Below are positions 34,944 through 45,129 of a stretch of 64,000 nt of DNA, piece after piece. A program made the position numbers and the translations under genes. The notes beneath the pieces are model-generated. The model was not told the origin of the DNA, made no database searches, and worked only from the letters and a program-made list of their open reading frames with translations. Source of the DNA: Candidatus Latescibacterota bacterium. GTDB lineage: Bacteria > Latescibacterota > UBA2968 > UBA8231. Numbering within the stretch: position 1 is the first letter of the stretch; the number at the start of each line of letters is the position of its first letter. Where the stretch lies: the NCBI GenBank assembly GCA_965205655.1, contig CBDBIJ010000058.1, forward strand, positions 64,001 to 128,000, in the 5' to 3' direction.

Positions 34944-36767
34944 ATGGCCACCCACATACTCGGCATCTCGGCTTTTTATCATGACAGCGCCGCCTGCCTG
35001 GTCACCGACGGCGAGATAATCGCCGCTGCGCAGGAGGAACGCTTCACCCGCCTCAAGCACGATCCCGGTTTTCCCTCCAAAGCGGTCAGATACTGCCTGA
35101 GCGAGGCTGACATACAGCCGTCCGACCTCCACTGCGTCGGATTCTACGACAAGCCCCTCATCACATTCGAGCGTCTCCTCCTGACCCACCTTTCCACGGC
35201 GCCGAAGGGACTCCGCCTGTTCTGGAAATCGATGGCCGTGTGGCTGAGGGAGAAGCTCTGGATTCCGCAGATTATACAGAAGGAGCTCGACTGCGACGTG
35301 CCCGTCATGTTCGGCGATCACCACGAATCTCACGCCGCCAGCGCCTTCTATCCATCGCCGTTTCAGGAGGCCGCGATCATGACACTCGACGGGGTGGGGG
35401 AGTGGACGACGACGAGCTACGGATATGGCCGCGGCGGGGAGGTCCACACCCTGGCTGAGATGAAATTTCCGCACTCGCTCGGCCTGTTCTACACGGCGCT
35501 CACTTACTTCACCGGCTTCAAGCCGAATTCTGGCGAATACAAGCTCATGGGCCTTGCTCCGTATGGCGAGCCCCGTTATGTCGAGCGGCTCCTCGATCGC
35601 GTCGTGGATCTCAAGGAAGACGGTTCGTTCCGGCTCAACATGAGTTTTTTCAACTATCTGTCAGGGTTGACGATGACGAGCCCGGCGATGGAGGAGCTTC
35701 TCGACGGTCCGGAGCGCGCTCCGGAATCACCGATAACACAGCGTGAGATGGACATCGCGCGCTCGTGTCAGGTCATCACCGAAGAGGTCATGCTGGGCAT
35801 GGCGCGACAGGTGTACGCGGAGACGAAATTGCCCAATCTTTGCATGGCGGGGGGCGTGGCTCTCAACTGCGTCGGCAACGGTCGCATTCTGCGGGAGGGG
35901 CCGTTCGAACGCATGTGGATTCAACCCGCCGCCGGCGACGCGGGAGGTGCCGTCGGCGTAGCACTGTCGCTGTGGCACCGACAAGGAGGGCATCGCAGGC
36001 ACACCGACGGTGCCCGCGATGGGATGAAGGGTGCCCTTCTCGGGCCTTCGTATAGCGCCAAGGAGATTTCGGCCTTTCTGAGGGAGGTGGAGGCCCCGGC
36101 GCGCGAGCTCAGCGACGACGAGCTACCAGTGAGAGTGGCACAGCTGCTCGCAGACGAAGCCGTGGTGGGCTGGTTTCAGGGACGCATGGAGTTCGGTCCA
36201 AGAGCCCTGGGTGGCCGCAGCATTCTGGGGGATCCGCGATCGGCGCGCATGCAAGCGCAGATGAATCTAAAGATCAAGTATCGCGAGAGTTTCCGGCCAT
36301 TCGCTCCCAGTGTGTTGCGGGAGCGCGTCGGCGACTATTTCGAGCTTGATGACGACTCGCCGTACATGCTCCAGGTGGCACCGGTCAGACAGGACAAGCA
36401 AATCGCTATGAGCGAGACAGAGCGGGCTCTGTTCGGAATCGAGAAACTCAACGTGCCCCGTTCCGAAATCCCCGCCGTCACCCACGTGGACTACTCGGCC
36501 CGCATCCAGACCGTCGCGCGCGAGGACAACCCCATCTACCACGACCTGATTCAGGCGTTTGACAGCCTCACCGGATGCGGGCTCGTTGTAAACACTTCTT
36601 TCAACGTGCGCGGCGAGCCTATCGTCAACACGCCCGAAGAGGCATATCGCTGCTTCATGCGCACGGAGATGGACTACCTCGCGCTCGGAAATTTCCTGCT
36701 CGACAAGAAGAATCAGCCAGCGTGGCAGGAGGAAGTCGCCTGGCAAGAGGAGTTCGAGCTGGACTGA
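34944..36767 (+). CDS. O-carbamoyltransferase, NodU/CmcH/SxtI family
   Basis: ILGISAFYHDSAA, EERFTR, HHESHAASAF, EYKLMGLAPYG, FGPRALG, RESFRPFAP, NTSFNVRGEPIV. Confidence 0.95.
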   Translation: MATHILGISAFYHDSAACLVTDGEIIAAAQEERFTRLKHDPGFPSKAVRYCLSEADIQPSDLHCVGFYDKPLITFERLLLTHLSTAPKGLRLFWKSMAVWLREKLWIPQIIQKELDCDVPVMFGDHHESHAASAFYPSPFQEAAIMTLDGVGEWTTTSYGYGRGGEVHTLAEMKFPHSLGLFYTALTYFTGFKPNSGEYKLMGLAPYGEPRYVERLLDRVVDLKEDGSFRLNMSFFNYLSGLTMTSPAMEELLDGPERAPESPITQREMDIARSCQVITEEVMLGMARQVYAETKLPNLCMAGGVALNCVGNGRILREGPFERMWIQPAAGDAGGAVGVALSLWHRQGGHRRHTDGARDGMKGALLGPSYSAKEISAFLREVEAPARELSDDELPVRVAQLLADEAVVGWFQGRMEFGPRALGGRSILGDPRSARMQAQMNLKIKYRESFRPFAPSVLRERVGDYFELDDDSPYMLQVAPVRQDKQIAMSETERALFGIEKLNVPRSEIPAVTHVDYSARIQTVAREDNPIYHDLIQAFDSLTGCGLVVNTSFNVRGEPIVNTPEEAYRCFMRTEMDYLALGNFLLDKKNQPAWQEEVAWQEEFELD

Positions 36768-36770
36768 GCA

Positions 36771-37259
36771 ATGAGACGGAAAACGACTCGAAGTGAGCTG
36801 TTGTCGGTGCCGAGACCGACGAGAGGCGAGCTGCGCACGTTCGGGCTGCTGATGGCCGCTGTGCTCGGCGCTGTCGGTCTCGTTCTGTGGTACCTCGCGA
36901 TCGTCCCGGCGGGCTGGGGGTCGATCGGGACGGCACTGGCCTTCGTTTTGAGCGCTGCGCTCGTGCCCGCAATCCTGAAGCTCGTCTACATTCCGTGGAT
37001 GATCCTGGCGCGCTTGCTCGGATTCGCGAACAGCCACATCCTGCTCGCGCTCATTTTCTATTCCATGTTCGCCGTCGGCGGCCTCATCATGCGCATCGTC
37101 AGGTACGATCCCATGGACCGTCGTTTTCGCCAGAGCGGGGGCCGTCGTGGCGCGCCGACCGGACAGGACGGTCGCCAGGGGGACGAGGATGGCGATTCCT
37201 ACTGGACGAGACGCGAGAGCACCCTGCTCCCGGCGAACCACTACGAGCGCCAGTTCTAG
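36771..37259 (+). CDS. SxtJ-like membrane protein
   Basis: ELRTFGL, WMILARLLG, DPMDRR, SYW, YERQF C-terminus; directly follows the carbamoyltransferase. Confidence 0.8.
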   Translation: MRRKTTRSELLSVPRPTRGELRTFGLLMAAVLGAVGLVLWYLAIVPAGWGSIGTALAFVLSAALVPAILKLVYIPWMILARLLGFANSHILLALIFYSMFAVGGLIMRIVRYDPMDRRFRQSGGRRGAPTGQDGRQGDEDGDSYWTRRESTLLPANHYERQF

Positions 37260-37412
37260 CGACCGCGGGCGACGGTTCCAGCGCCCCTAAGTAGTTGCCG
37301 TCGAGTCACTCCGGCGAGCGCTGCGAGTATCCGTGTGCCTTGATCGAGTTTGGAGCGCCGGTTATATTTTCTGGGCTCGAGGGACCATTCCGGACCTCAT
37401 TCCCCACCCTTG

Positions 37413-37928
37413 ATGGAACTGATTCGCCTGCCGCAAGTGGATGTCAGGCCTGCAGATGCGACCTGGATGCGGCGCGCCCTCTCACTGGCGCAAGCCGCTG
37501 GCGAACGAGGCGAGGTGCCGGTGGGTGCGGTCGTCGTCCGGGCGGGCGGCCTCATCGGGTCCGGCTCCAACAGGATGGAAGAGGCCCAGGACGCGACATG
37601 CCATGCCGAAATGGAGGCCCTGCGCCAGGCGGCCGCAATGGCGGGCTCTCACCTCGGCGGCGCCACCCTCTACGTGACCCTCGAGCCGTGCGCCATGTGC
37701 GCCGGCGCCGCGGTGTGGTCGAAGGTCGAACGCCTCGTTTTCGGGGCCCGGGATCCGAAGGCAGGCGCCTGTGGCAGCCTGAGAAACGTGGTTCAAGATC
37801 CGAGGTTGAATCACCGCTGTGAGCTGATCGGCGGAGTGTTTGAGGAGGACAGCGCGAGTTTGCTCCGGAGGTTTTTCGTCGATCTCAGATCGGCGAATCG
37901 CAGCGCCCCGGCGGCTCCGGGCGGATAA
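37413..37928 (+). CDS. tadA: tRNA adenosine(34) deaminase
   Basis: GEVPVGAV, HAE, TLEPCAMC, GARDPKAG, LNHR. Start approximate. Confidence 0.93.
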   Translation: MELIRLPQVDVRPADATWMRRALSLAQAAGERGEVPVGAVVVRAGGLIGSGSNRMEEAQDATCHAEMEALRQAAAMAGSHLGGATLYVTLEPCAMCAGAAVWSKVERLVFGARDPKAGACGSLRNVVQDPRLNHRCELIGGVFEEDSASLLRRFFVDLRSANRSAPAAPGG

Positions 37929-37976
37929 TCGCACCGGAGCCCGAACCGACGGGCGCGCCGAGACCCGGCGGGGGCC

Positions 37977-38068
<92 letters not shown>

Positions 38069-38227
38069 CAATAAACGCAACATGCTGATTTTATTATACT
38101 TATGCAGATTGCTTAATTGGGTTTATCCCTGCTGTTATCACAAGAGAGGTCGCCCATCAGTCCCATGGTTTGGGCCGTCTAAAGATTCCCGTCCCATCCC
38201 TCAGGGTAGTGGGGAATTGGGATTCCC

Positions 38228-38460
38228 TTGCCCCCGAGGGACGGCCCGGTATGCCTGGGACTCGATATAGGAGAGGCGCTGTCCGGCTCAGCCGTTTTCG
38301 GGATTTGGCCTACAACGGGAAGGTGCGAGGCGTGGCTGGCGTTCGGAGATCGGCCTGATCTGGTGGAGCGTGGCAGGCACGACGGGTGTCGTTACGATAT
38401 CGTGAAACAACGCGGTGAGCTGCGCACCTACGGTGGCCGAATTACACCCACCGCACGCAT
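38228..38460 (+). pseudogene. Possible phage terminase large-subunit nuclease-domain fragment
   Basis: PVCLGLDIG...RHDGCRYDIVKQRGELRTYGG resembles the GLD motif and Y..W...G.L segment of Terminase_1-type proteins. Confidence 0.4.
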
Positions 38461-39134
38461 CAAGGCGCTTGAGGTTTCGGGACTTTCTGGACAACCCCTT
38501 CCTGAACCAAAACGGACAATTTGGCCGTTTTGCCTCCCTTCTGATCTGAACCAAAAACGACAAATTGTCGCTTTTGTTTGTGGGTTATACGTTTGTCTTG
38601 ACGGACTGCGGGCTTTCGCCGAGTTTCTTGTCTGCGTGATGGGCCGGTTTACGGAGCAAGGCCCGCCCCACATCGGCGGGTGTTGCTCCTTTGTAGCGAG
38701 GGTTGGGGGATGGGGAATCCTGCCATTGCTGGCGTCTCTGGTCGGATTTCATTCTGGTTACCCTTTAGTGAATCGGAATTTCCTACTTTAAGGTCTTGAA
38801 TAAGATCAGCTCGCGCTCCATGAAAGCTTCGTAGAACTCTTTGCTTAAAACCGCATATTGAACAACAAATTCTACGGCTGATTTTTTGACGGCACCTTTG
38901 ATTATCCTCGACGCAATAAGCAGAATAAGGGCTATCTGCCACTTGTAGAAAATTGCAACCGGGATTGAAGATAGAAAAACAAGCATCCAAATCCATGAGA
39001 AAAAAACATGAGCAAACTTATATCTAAGCGGCAAGTAGTTCATTACTAAGGACTGAGCCACAAGGTTGTCCAGCGCCCCAGGGTTTTCTTGGACACATTA
39101 GAGGGTCCACATGGACCTGAAAGGAGTGTTCGAG

Positions 39135-39464
39135 ATGACTAAACAGGAGAAGGGTGTTCGGGTCGGCCGATTCTCCGCTCGTCGAAAGCAGGAGGCGGTG
39201 TTGCGCCTGCTGCGTGGGGAGGACCTGGAGGTCCTGTCCCGGGAGTTGGGTGTGATGGCAGCCACGCTGAGTGAGTGGCGCGAGCAGTTCCTGGGTGGGG
39301 GTGAGTCAGCTCTGCACAGCCGTACCCGTGATGAGCGGGATGAACAGATCGCCCGCCTGAAAGCGAAGGTGGGGGATCTGACGATGGACAACGAGTTGCT
39401 GGAGTCCAAGATCCATCGCCTGGAGGATGGACTCCCTTTGGCATCCCGGAGGTCGAAGCGATGA
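39135..39464 (+). CDS. IS3-family OrfA (HTH)
   Basis: RFSARRKQEAVLRLLRGE...LKAKVGDLTMDNELL; AAGGAG RBS. Confidence 0.88.
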   Translation: MTKQEKGVRVGRFSARRKQEAVLRLLRGEDLEVLSRELGVMAATLSEWREQFLGGGESALHSRTRDERDEQIARLKAKVGDLTMDNELLESKIHRLEDGLPLASRRSKR

Positions 39465-40369
39465 GCCAGACCCAGTCGCCCTCCAGGAAGCGGCCGTACA
39501 GGCTGCAGCGTGTGTGTCGGGTCTGGCAGTTTCCTCGCTCCACCGTCCACGAGCATCGGCGTCGGGCGGCTCTGCGTCCGGAGGAGCGTCTTGAGCGGAA
39601 GAAACGAGGTCCCCAAGGGCCGTGTACCGACGATGAGCTAGCTGAGAAGATTCGCGAGTTGCTGAAGGCGTCCCCCTTTCACGGGGAAGGCTACCGCAAG
39701 ATGTGGGCCCAGCTGCGGGCGCAGGACATCCGCACCTCGAAGGAGCGCGTACGCCGTGTGATGCGCGAGCACGGCCTGCAGGTGCCGCAACGCGCCGGCC
39801 AGCCAAGGGGCCCGCAAGCACACGACGGGACGATCACCACCGAGCGACCAGACCAGATGTGGGGAACCGACTTGACCACCACCGTGACCACCGGCGAAGG
39901 CACAGCTACGGTCTTCGTGGCTGTCGACCACTGCAGCTCGGAGTGCATCGGCATTCATGCAGCGGCCACAGGCGACCGTTTCGAGGCCCTGGAGCCGATC
40001 CACCAGGGAGTCCGCGAACACTTCGGCGGCGTCGACAAGGGTATCGCCGGGGGGCTGCAGCTGCGCCACGATCATGGCTCTGCGTACATGTCCGACCACT
40101 TCCAGAAACAGATCGACTTCCTGGGCATCGAGTCGTCGCCCAGCTTCGTGCGTGCCCCGGAGGGCAATGGCTGCTCCGAGCGATTCATCCGCACCCTCAA
40201 GGAGAATCTCCTGTGGGTCCGATACTTTGCCACGGTCGAAGAGCTCCGTCTTGCCCTGCTCGAATTCAAGAGAGTCTACAACGAGAAGTGGCTCCTCGAG
40301 CGACACAACTATCAGACGCCAAACCAAGTGCGCCGGAGCTTCCAGCAGGAGTTGTCCAAGGCGGCCTGA
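39461..40369 (+). CDS. IS3-family OrfB (rve/DDE integrase)
   Basis: WGTD, RHDHGS, GNGCSERFIRTLKE. Confidence 0.92.
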   Translation: MSQTQSPSRKRPYRLQRVCRVWQFPRSTVHEHRRRAALRPEERLERKKRGPQGPCTDDELAEKIRELLKASPFHGEGYRKMWAQLRAQDIRTSKERVRRVMREHGLQVPQRAGQPRGPQAHDGTITTERPDQMWGTDLTTTVTTGEGTATVFVAVDHCSSECIGIHAAATGDRFEALEPIHQGVREHFGGVDKGIAGGLQLRHDHGSAYMSDHFQKQIDFLGIESSPSFVRAPEGNGCSERFIRTLKENLLWVRYFATVEELRLALLEFKRVYNEKWLLERHNYQTPNQVRRSFQQELSKAA

Positions 40370-40582
40370 CCATCCGCCAAATCAGTGTCCAGAAACCCAG
40401 GGCTTTACAGTTGTCCAGTCCCACCGAAATTTCATTGTTGGCGCATTTGGCTTTGAATTCTTCGTGAGTCAGTTGCATAGTTACTTCAGCGGATTAATGA
40501 CAGGGACGCCTTTGACGAACAGCAATTAGCAAGATACGTTGTAGCCAACACCTCATCCGAAGTTGTCTCCTTCACCTTCTAC

Positions 40583-40909
40583 GTGTTGCGCAAAAAAGGT
40601 GGCTTGGGACTTCCCCACCATGCAGATACGATTTGCGATGTGAACGGCGATGGCACCTACCTTCGCTTCAAACGCGACGGGAAAATAATCGGCGAATCAC
40701 AAGGCGACATACATGCTTGGTGGTTGGAGGATGGTTTATCTGGCAAAACATACCGAATCGAAATCCCTCCTGACCATTTTATTGCCATCGTCGCGGATAC
40801 CAAGGAACGCCCAGGGGATATGGACTCTCCACGCGAAATATTTTGTCGCGGCGGCGAGATCGTGGCAACTATTTTTACCGACTACCACACATGGTCAGTT
40901 GCCGATTAG
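40583..40909 (+). CDS. Hypothetical protein, possible IS1595 passenger
   Basis: AT-richer ORF whose stop overlaps the convergent IS1595 transposase stop; two similar half-domains ending GKIIGE/GEIVAT plus W. Confidence 0.4.
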   Translation: MLRKKGGLGLPHHADTICDVNGDGTYLRFKRDGKIIGESQGDIHAWWLEDGLSGKTYRIEIPPDHFIAIVADTKERPGDMDSPREIFCRGGEIVATIFTDYHTWSVAD

Positions 40910-41838
40910 GCCGTCAACTCTTTATACATCAGCCTTTTCCCCACCATCCCCGCGAATACGTCCCGCATCTGCTCCAGGGTGTCCCTGTCCCTGATGTTGT
41001 GGCGGCCTGCGAATTCCTGCACGTATCGGTGCAGGTGTTTGCCTGACAGCTTGTGATACACGCCCTTGTGCGCTCGCTTCAGCATGGACCAGAAGCTCTC
41101 TACGCCGTTGGTGTGCGCCATGCCCCGGACGTATTCACCGACTGAGTGCTTGACCGCCTCGTGACGCTTCCGGCCCTGGTAGCTGCTGGCTCCGTCGGTG
41201 TAGACCATCGCTTCCTCGTCGGCTACGGCATCGACGAACCCGGTGAGGGTCTCCTGATCCGTCTGCTCGATGACCTTGGCAGCAACGCGGTTCATCTTCC
41301 GGTCCTTGGCCCCGATTACAGCCATCTTACCTACGGTTCCCCGGCCTGCATGCAGCTTTTTGTCGGCGTGTTTGTTAGCTTCCTTACCGCCGACGTATGT
41401 TTCGTCCACCTCTACTGGACCCGTAAAGGAACCAGCTACATCGGCGAACGCTTCCCGGATGCGATGGAGCATGAACCAAGCCGTAGCCTGGCGGATGCCG
41501 AGGTCGCGGTGCAGCTTCATGCTGCTGACGCCCTTGAGGTTGGTCAGCTCAAGATAGATAGCCCAGGCCCAGAGTCGGAGCGGCAATTTGCTGTCTTCCA
41601 TTGAGGTGCCTGTCTTCAGGCTGAAATACTGCTTGCAGTCTCCGCAACGATACGGCATGGGCTTGGCGCTTTTCACTCGATAGGCTCCCTTGGTGCTCCC
41701 GCACTTCAGGCAACACATCTCTCCGTTCGGCCAGTGCAAACCCTCGAACCACTCAATGGCTTTTTCCTCGGTTCCGAACATGTCCGTCATCTGCATGACG
41801 GTGACGCCTTCGCGGTAGTGCTTTCCCGGTGCCGACAT
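40906..41838 (-). CDS. IS1595-family transposase
   Basis: Zn ribbon CLKC/CGDC, VEVDETYVGG, VYTDG, HTNGVESFWSMLKR, HLHRYVQEF. Confidence 0.93.
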   Translation of the reverse strand: MSAPGKHYREGVTVMQMTDMFGTEEKAIEWFEGLHWPNGEMCCLKCGSTKGAYRVKSAKPMPYRCGDCKQYFSLKTGTSMEDSKLPLRLWAWAIYLELTNLKGVSSMKLHRDLGIRQATAWFMLHRIREAFADVAGSFTGPVEVDETYVGGKEANKHADKKLHAGRGTVGKMAVIGAKDRKMNRVAAKVIEQTDQETLTGFVDAVADEEAMVYTDGASSYQGRKRHEAVKHSVGEYVRGMAHTNGVESFWSMLKRAHKGVYHKLSGKHLHRYVQEFAGRHNIRDRDTLEQMRDVFAGMVGKRLMYKELTA

Positions 41839-42156
41839 TTTAAACTCCCTTTCTCTATCAGTAAACATACCGCTTTTTCAGGAGTTTGTCAAGTCATGCG
41901 TATAATCCCCATGCGAAACGATGCCTCGGTATCGCGTCGGCGAGCGGAATCTTAGTTGGAAGGCAGGCAATGTCGGAAAATCGGGAACAAGGTCCAAGGG
42001 AGAGCGAGGTTTCGGTTGGGGAATGGCTCGAACAAATCGGGGCAACGGCCATCGAGTTTGTGGGCGACAAATGCGACGAAGGGCCGCCCGATTATTTGAT
42101 CGAGTACGACCGCGAAACGATCGCTGTCGAAGTCACTCGCCTTCTTCTCCGTGAAG

Positions 42157-43797
42157 GTAACCGTTCAGTCTCGTAGGAGTGCTCCGTAACGTGAGAAAAA
42201 GCTGTTCTCATTCAGCGATTGCTGGTATCTTCGGACAGTGGTTGTACGCTGACCTACCCGAGGAGCCCAGTGGAGAAACTTCCTGGCATTCCGGTTTCCG
42301 ACGCCGATTGGCAGCAGACGCCGAAGGCGGTGCAGCTCCTCGTCATGTCGCTGTTGGAGGTTCAGCAGCGAGTGAAGCAGCTGGAACGCCAGGTGGCCGA
42401 GCTGCAGCGCGGCGGGCGCCGTCGTCATGGATCGCCGCCGTCCGACAAGCCGCCGCCATCCGGCCAGAGCGAAGAGGCGGGCGCCTCGACGTCGAGTCGC
42501 CGCAAGCGCCCGTCGGGCCGCTCGCCAGGGGCACAACCCGGGCACCAAGGGCATGGGCGAACGCTGCTGTCGGTGGAGCAGGTGGACACGTTGGTGCCGA
42601 TCAAGCCCACCGCGTGCCGACAGTGCGGCCACGCCTTGAGCGGCGACGATCCCCATCCGCAGCGCCGCCAGGTGTTCGAGATCCCGCCGGTACGACCTCA
42701 GGTCACCGAGTACCAGGTGCACACCCTGCGCTGTCCGGGCTGCGACGTGCTCACCGAAGCCGACTGGCCCGAGTCGGTGCCACGCAGCCGCTTTGGTCCG
42801 AGTGTGCAGGCCTGGATCGGTCTGTTGTCGGGCGCCTACCGGATGAGCAAGCGCAACATCGTCGCCCTGCTCGCCGACGCGTTCAGCCTCGATCTGGCCG
42901 TCGGCTCGGTCAGCCAGTTGGAACAGCATGTGTCCGAGGCGCTGGCGGCTCCGGTCGAAGACGCACGCGACTACGTGCGGCAACAAGCGGCGGTGCATAT
43001 CGATGAGACCGGCTGGCGCGAAGCGCGCGAAAACGCCTGGCTGTGGACCGTGGCCACCGATCTGGTCACCGTATTTGCCATCCGTTCGCGCCGCGACAGC
43101 GAGGTGGCCCGTGAGCTCTTGGGAGACGACACCACCGCCATCGTGGGCTCCGATCGCCACAAGGCCTACGGCTACTTGCCCGTGTTGCAGCGCCAGGCCT
43201 GCTGGTCGCACCTGGAGCGCACTTTCGAGAAGTTCGTCGACCGAGGGGGCGACGCGGCCTGGGTCGGCCAGCAGCTGCTGGAGTTCACGCACCAGATGTT
43301 CTCCTGGTGGCATCGCGTTCGCGACGGCACGCTGGAGCGATCCAGCTTGCAGACCTACATCAGCGACCTGCGACTGCGGTTCCGTCTTAGGCTGTGGCAA
43401 GGCGAGCTGTTGGCCGACGAGAAGACCGCCAGGACCTGCGCCAACCTGGCCGCCATCGAACCGGCCTTGTGGACCTTCGTCCGTAAGGAAGGTGTTGAGC
43501 CCACGAACAACGCCGCCGAGCGAGCGCTGCGCCACGGGGTGTTGTGGCGCAAGGGCAGCTTCGGCACCCACAGTCCTGCGGGCAGCCGCTTCGTCGAGCG
43601 CATACTCACCGTGCGCGACACGCTGCGCCAACAGCAACGCAACGTACTCGACTACCTCACGGAGGCCTGTCAGGCTACTCTGCACCACCGGCACGCTCCT
43701 TCGCTCTTGCCGCAGTCCGCGTCCACGCGCGCATAGATCCACAACACCACCAGATCCCGCCACAACACACCCGTCACGCAGGGACGTGAACGGTTAC
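42157..43797 (+). mobile_element. IS66-family element (single-ORF, ISBst12-like), copy 1
   Basis: GTAACCGTTCA inverted repeats; 8-bp target duplication CCGTGAAG (42149-42156, 43798-43805). Confidence 0.95.
42270..43736 (+). CDS. IS66 transposase TnpC
   Basis: SPPSD, GAQPGHQG, Zn finger, DETGW, SDR, CWSHL, PTNNAAERALR. Confidence 0.95.
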   Translation: MEKLPGIPVSDADWQQTPKAVQLLVMSLLEVQQRVKQLERQVAELQRGGRRRHGSPPSDKPPPSGQSEEAGASTSSRRKRPSGRSPGAQPGHQGHGRTLLSVEQVDTLVPIKPTACRQCGHALSGDDPHPQRRQVFEIPPVRPQVTEYQVHTLRCPGCDVLTEADWPESVPRSRFGPSVQAWIGLLSGAYRMSKRNIVALLADAFSLDLAVGSVSQLEQHVSEALAAPVEDARDYVRQQAAVHIDETGWREARENAWLWTVATDLVTVFAIRSRRDSEVARELLGDDTTAIVGSDRHKAYGYLPVLQRQACWSHLERTFEKFVDRGGDAAWVGQQLLEFTHQMFSWWHRVRDGTLERSSLQTYISDLRLRFRLRLWQGELLADEKTARTCANLAAIEPALWTFVRKEGVEPTNNAAERALRHGVLWRKGSFGTHSPAGSRFVERILTVRDTLRQQQRNVLDYLTEACQATLHHRHAPSLLPQSASTRA

Positions 43798-44383
43798 CCG
43801 TGAAGGATGGGGGAGAACAAAGGAGACTGCTTTCAAGAGGGAACTGGAGCGCTTAATTGAAGAATCTAAAACGGAGGGCGACAACACCCTGAGATGGCAC
43901 GTATGTTGCGAATACGACCCTACACAACCCGCGGCGTCGATCTCTCACCGTGACGACTGGAAGGAAAACGTCCGCAAGGCGCTACGAACAGCGGGACCTG
44001 AGGGAGGGACATTCCAGCTACTGCCTCCAGAAGCAATTCGGAGACGCGGAGTGAATTTGGAACTGTGGCCAGCAAGCAACGAGGGAAGCTTCGCGGAGGT
44101 CAGCGTAGATGAAGGTCTCATAGTCGTGGATACACTGGTTGGCCGGATCATTGATTGCTTGCGAGACAAAACTGCTGCGGTCGAAAAAGGCGAAAGGTCA
44201 AAACGCTACAATCGATGGTGGTTGGTGTTGGACGATGAGGTTCTCATAGCGCCTGTCGGGGTGTTGACCCCGGATGAGCAGGCGGAGATCAAGGCGCGGA
44301 TCCAGCCGTTTCACGGGGTAACCGTCGTGTCGGTAAAACTGCTCGGGTAAGGGGTTGCGAGTATACGCGCTGCATCATCCATT

Positions 44384-44416
44384 GAGGCGAGGGTTTTAGG
44401 GCTCTCGCCTCTTTGT
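44384..44416 (+). terminator. Terminator-like hairpin
   Basis: GAGGCGAGGG...CTCTCGCCTC followed by TTTGT. Confidence 0.5.
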
Positions 44417-44585
44417 GTGCCCTGCAGTTCCCATTGCTCTGGTGGCCCGGCTGTGTTTCACGACCTTACTCACGCTCGGACTGCAATGCGGTGACAGAAT
44501 CTAAGGTCGACTGATTGACATTCCTGCCGACAGAGGATACTCTCTTGTCTTCCTCCCCGAGTCTGCATGCTTCATTCTCTCCCCG

Positions 44586-45082
44586 CAGAAGGGCTCCGAC
44601 CCAAGATGACTGTGGCGTCCACCTCATCATCTGCGCTGTCCAACGGTAAAACCAACGCGCTGCAACCCGACGACCGACCTGCCCACGATTGGTATCGGTT
44701 CGTCCTGTCTTTTCCTCCTCATCTCGTCAGCGAGTATGTCTTTCGATTCGAGCTGCCAGAAGAGGGCGTTGTGTTGGATCCTTTCTGTGGAACGGGCACA
44801 ACCCTCGTTGAGTGCAAGAAACTTGGTATTCGCAGTGTAGGTGTCGAGGCTCATCCTTTGTCGCATTTCGCAAGTCAGGTCAAAGTCGATTGGACTCCAG
44901 ATCCTGATGATTTGCTTTCCCATTCTGATGAGGTCGCGGCGGCAACGCTTGAGAGACTTGGCTCGCAAGGGATCACCGACGAAGGCTTGCCTCTCTTTGG
45001 TGAGAACGACGCAGCTAATCACACAGGTCTCCGCGAGCTTCCGGAGCACCAAGCCAAGCTGCTCCTAAAAAAATTCAATTAA
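44586..45082 (+). pseudogene. Truncated DNA amino-methyltransferase (N-terminal part)
   Basis: HDWYRFVLSFPPHLV, motif I VLDPFCGTGTT; stops before any (S/D/N)PPY motif. TTGACA-17-TACTCT lies upstream. Confidence 0.75.
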
Positions 45083-45129
45083 TTCCGCTACCTCATGCAG
45101 CCCGGACTGAGTGCGACTGTCTCCGGCAA

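Larger units (their letters stand above)
39067..40409 (+). mobile_element. IS3-family element, apparently intact
   Basis: Imperfect TG...CA inverted repeats sharing GGACAC; orfA and orfB overlap at ATGA. Confidence 0.9.
38783..40478 (-). pseudogene. Small membrane protein gene (116 aa) split by an IS3 element
   Basis: 40478-40410 (MQLTHEEF...GLDN) joins 39064-38783 (LVAQSLVMNY...) in frame once the IS and one GTTGTCCAG copy are removed. Confidence 0.8.
41970..44350 (+). pseudogene. PD-(D/E)XK-like nuclease gene interrupted by IS66
   Basis: 41970-42156 plus 43806-44350 gives 732 nt in frame (243 aa); motif PPDYLIEYDRETIAVEVT. Confidence 0.7.

Noticed and set aside
34944..37259. Saxitoxin biosynthesis cluster
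   Set aside because: Only sxtI/J-like genes are present; no sxtA, sxtG or other pathway genes.
40485..41910. Defined IS1595 boundaries including the passenger gene
   Set aside because: A candidate end is visible near 41910, but I could not find a convincing partner repeat or target duplication.
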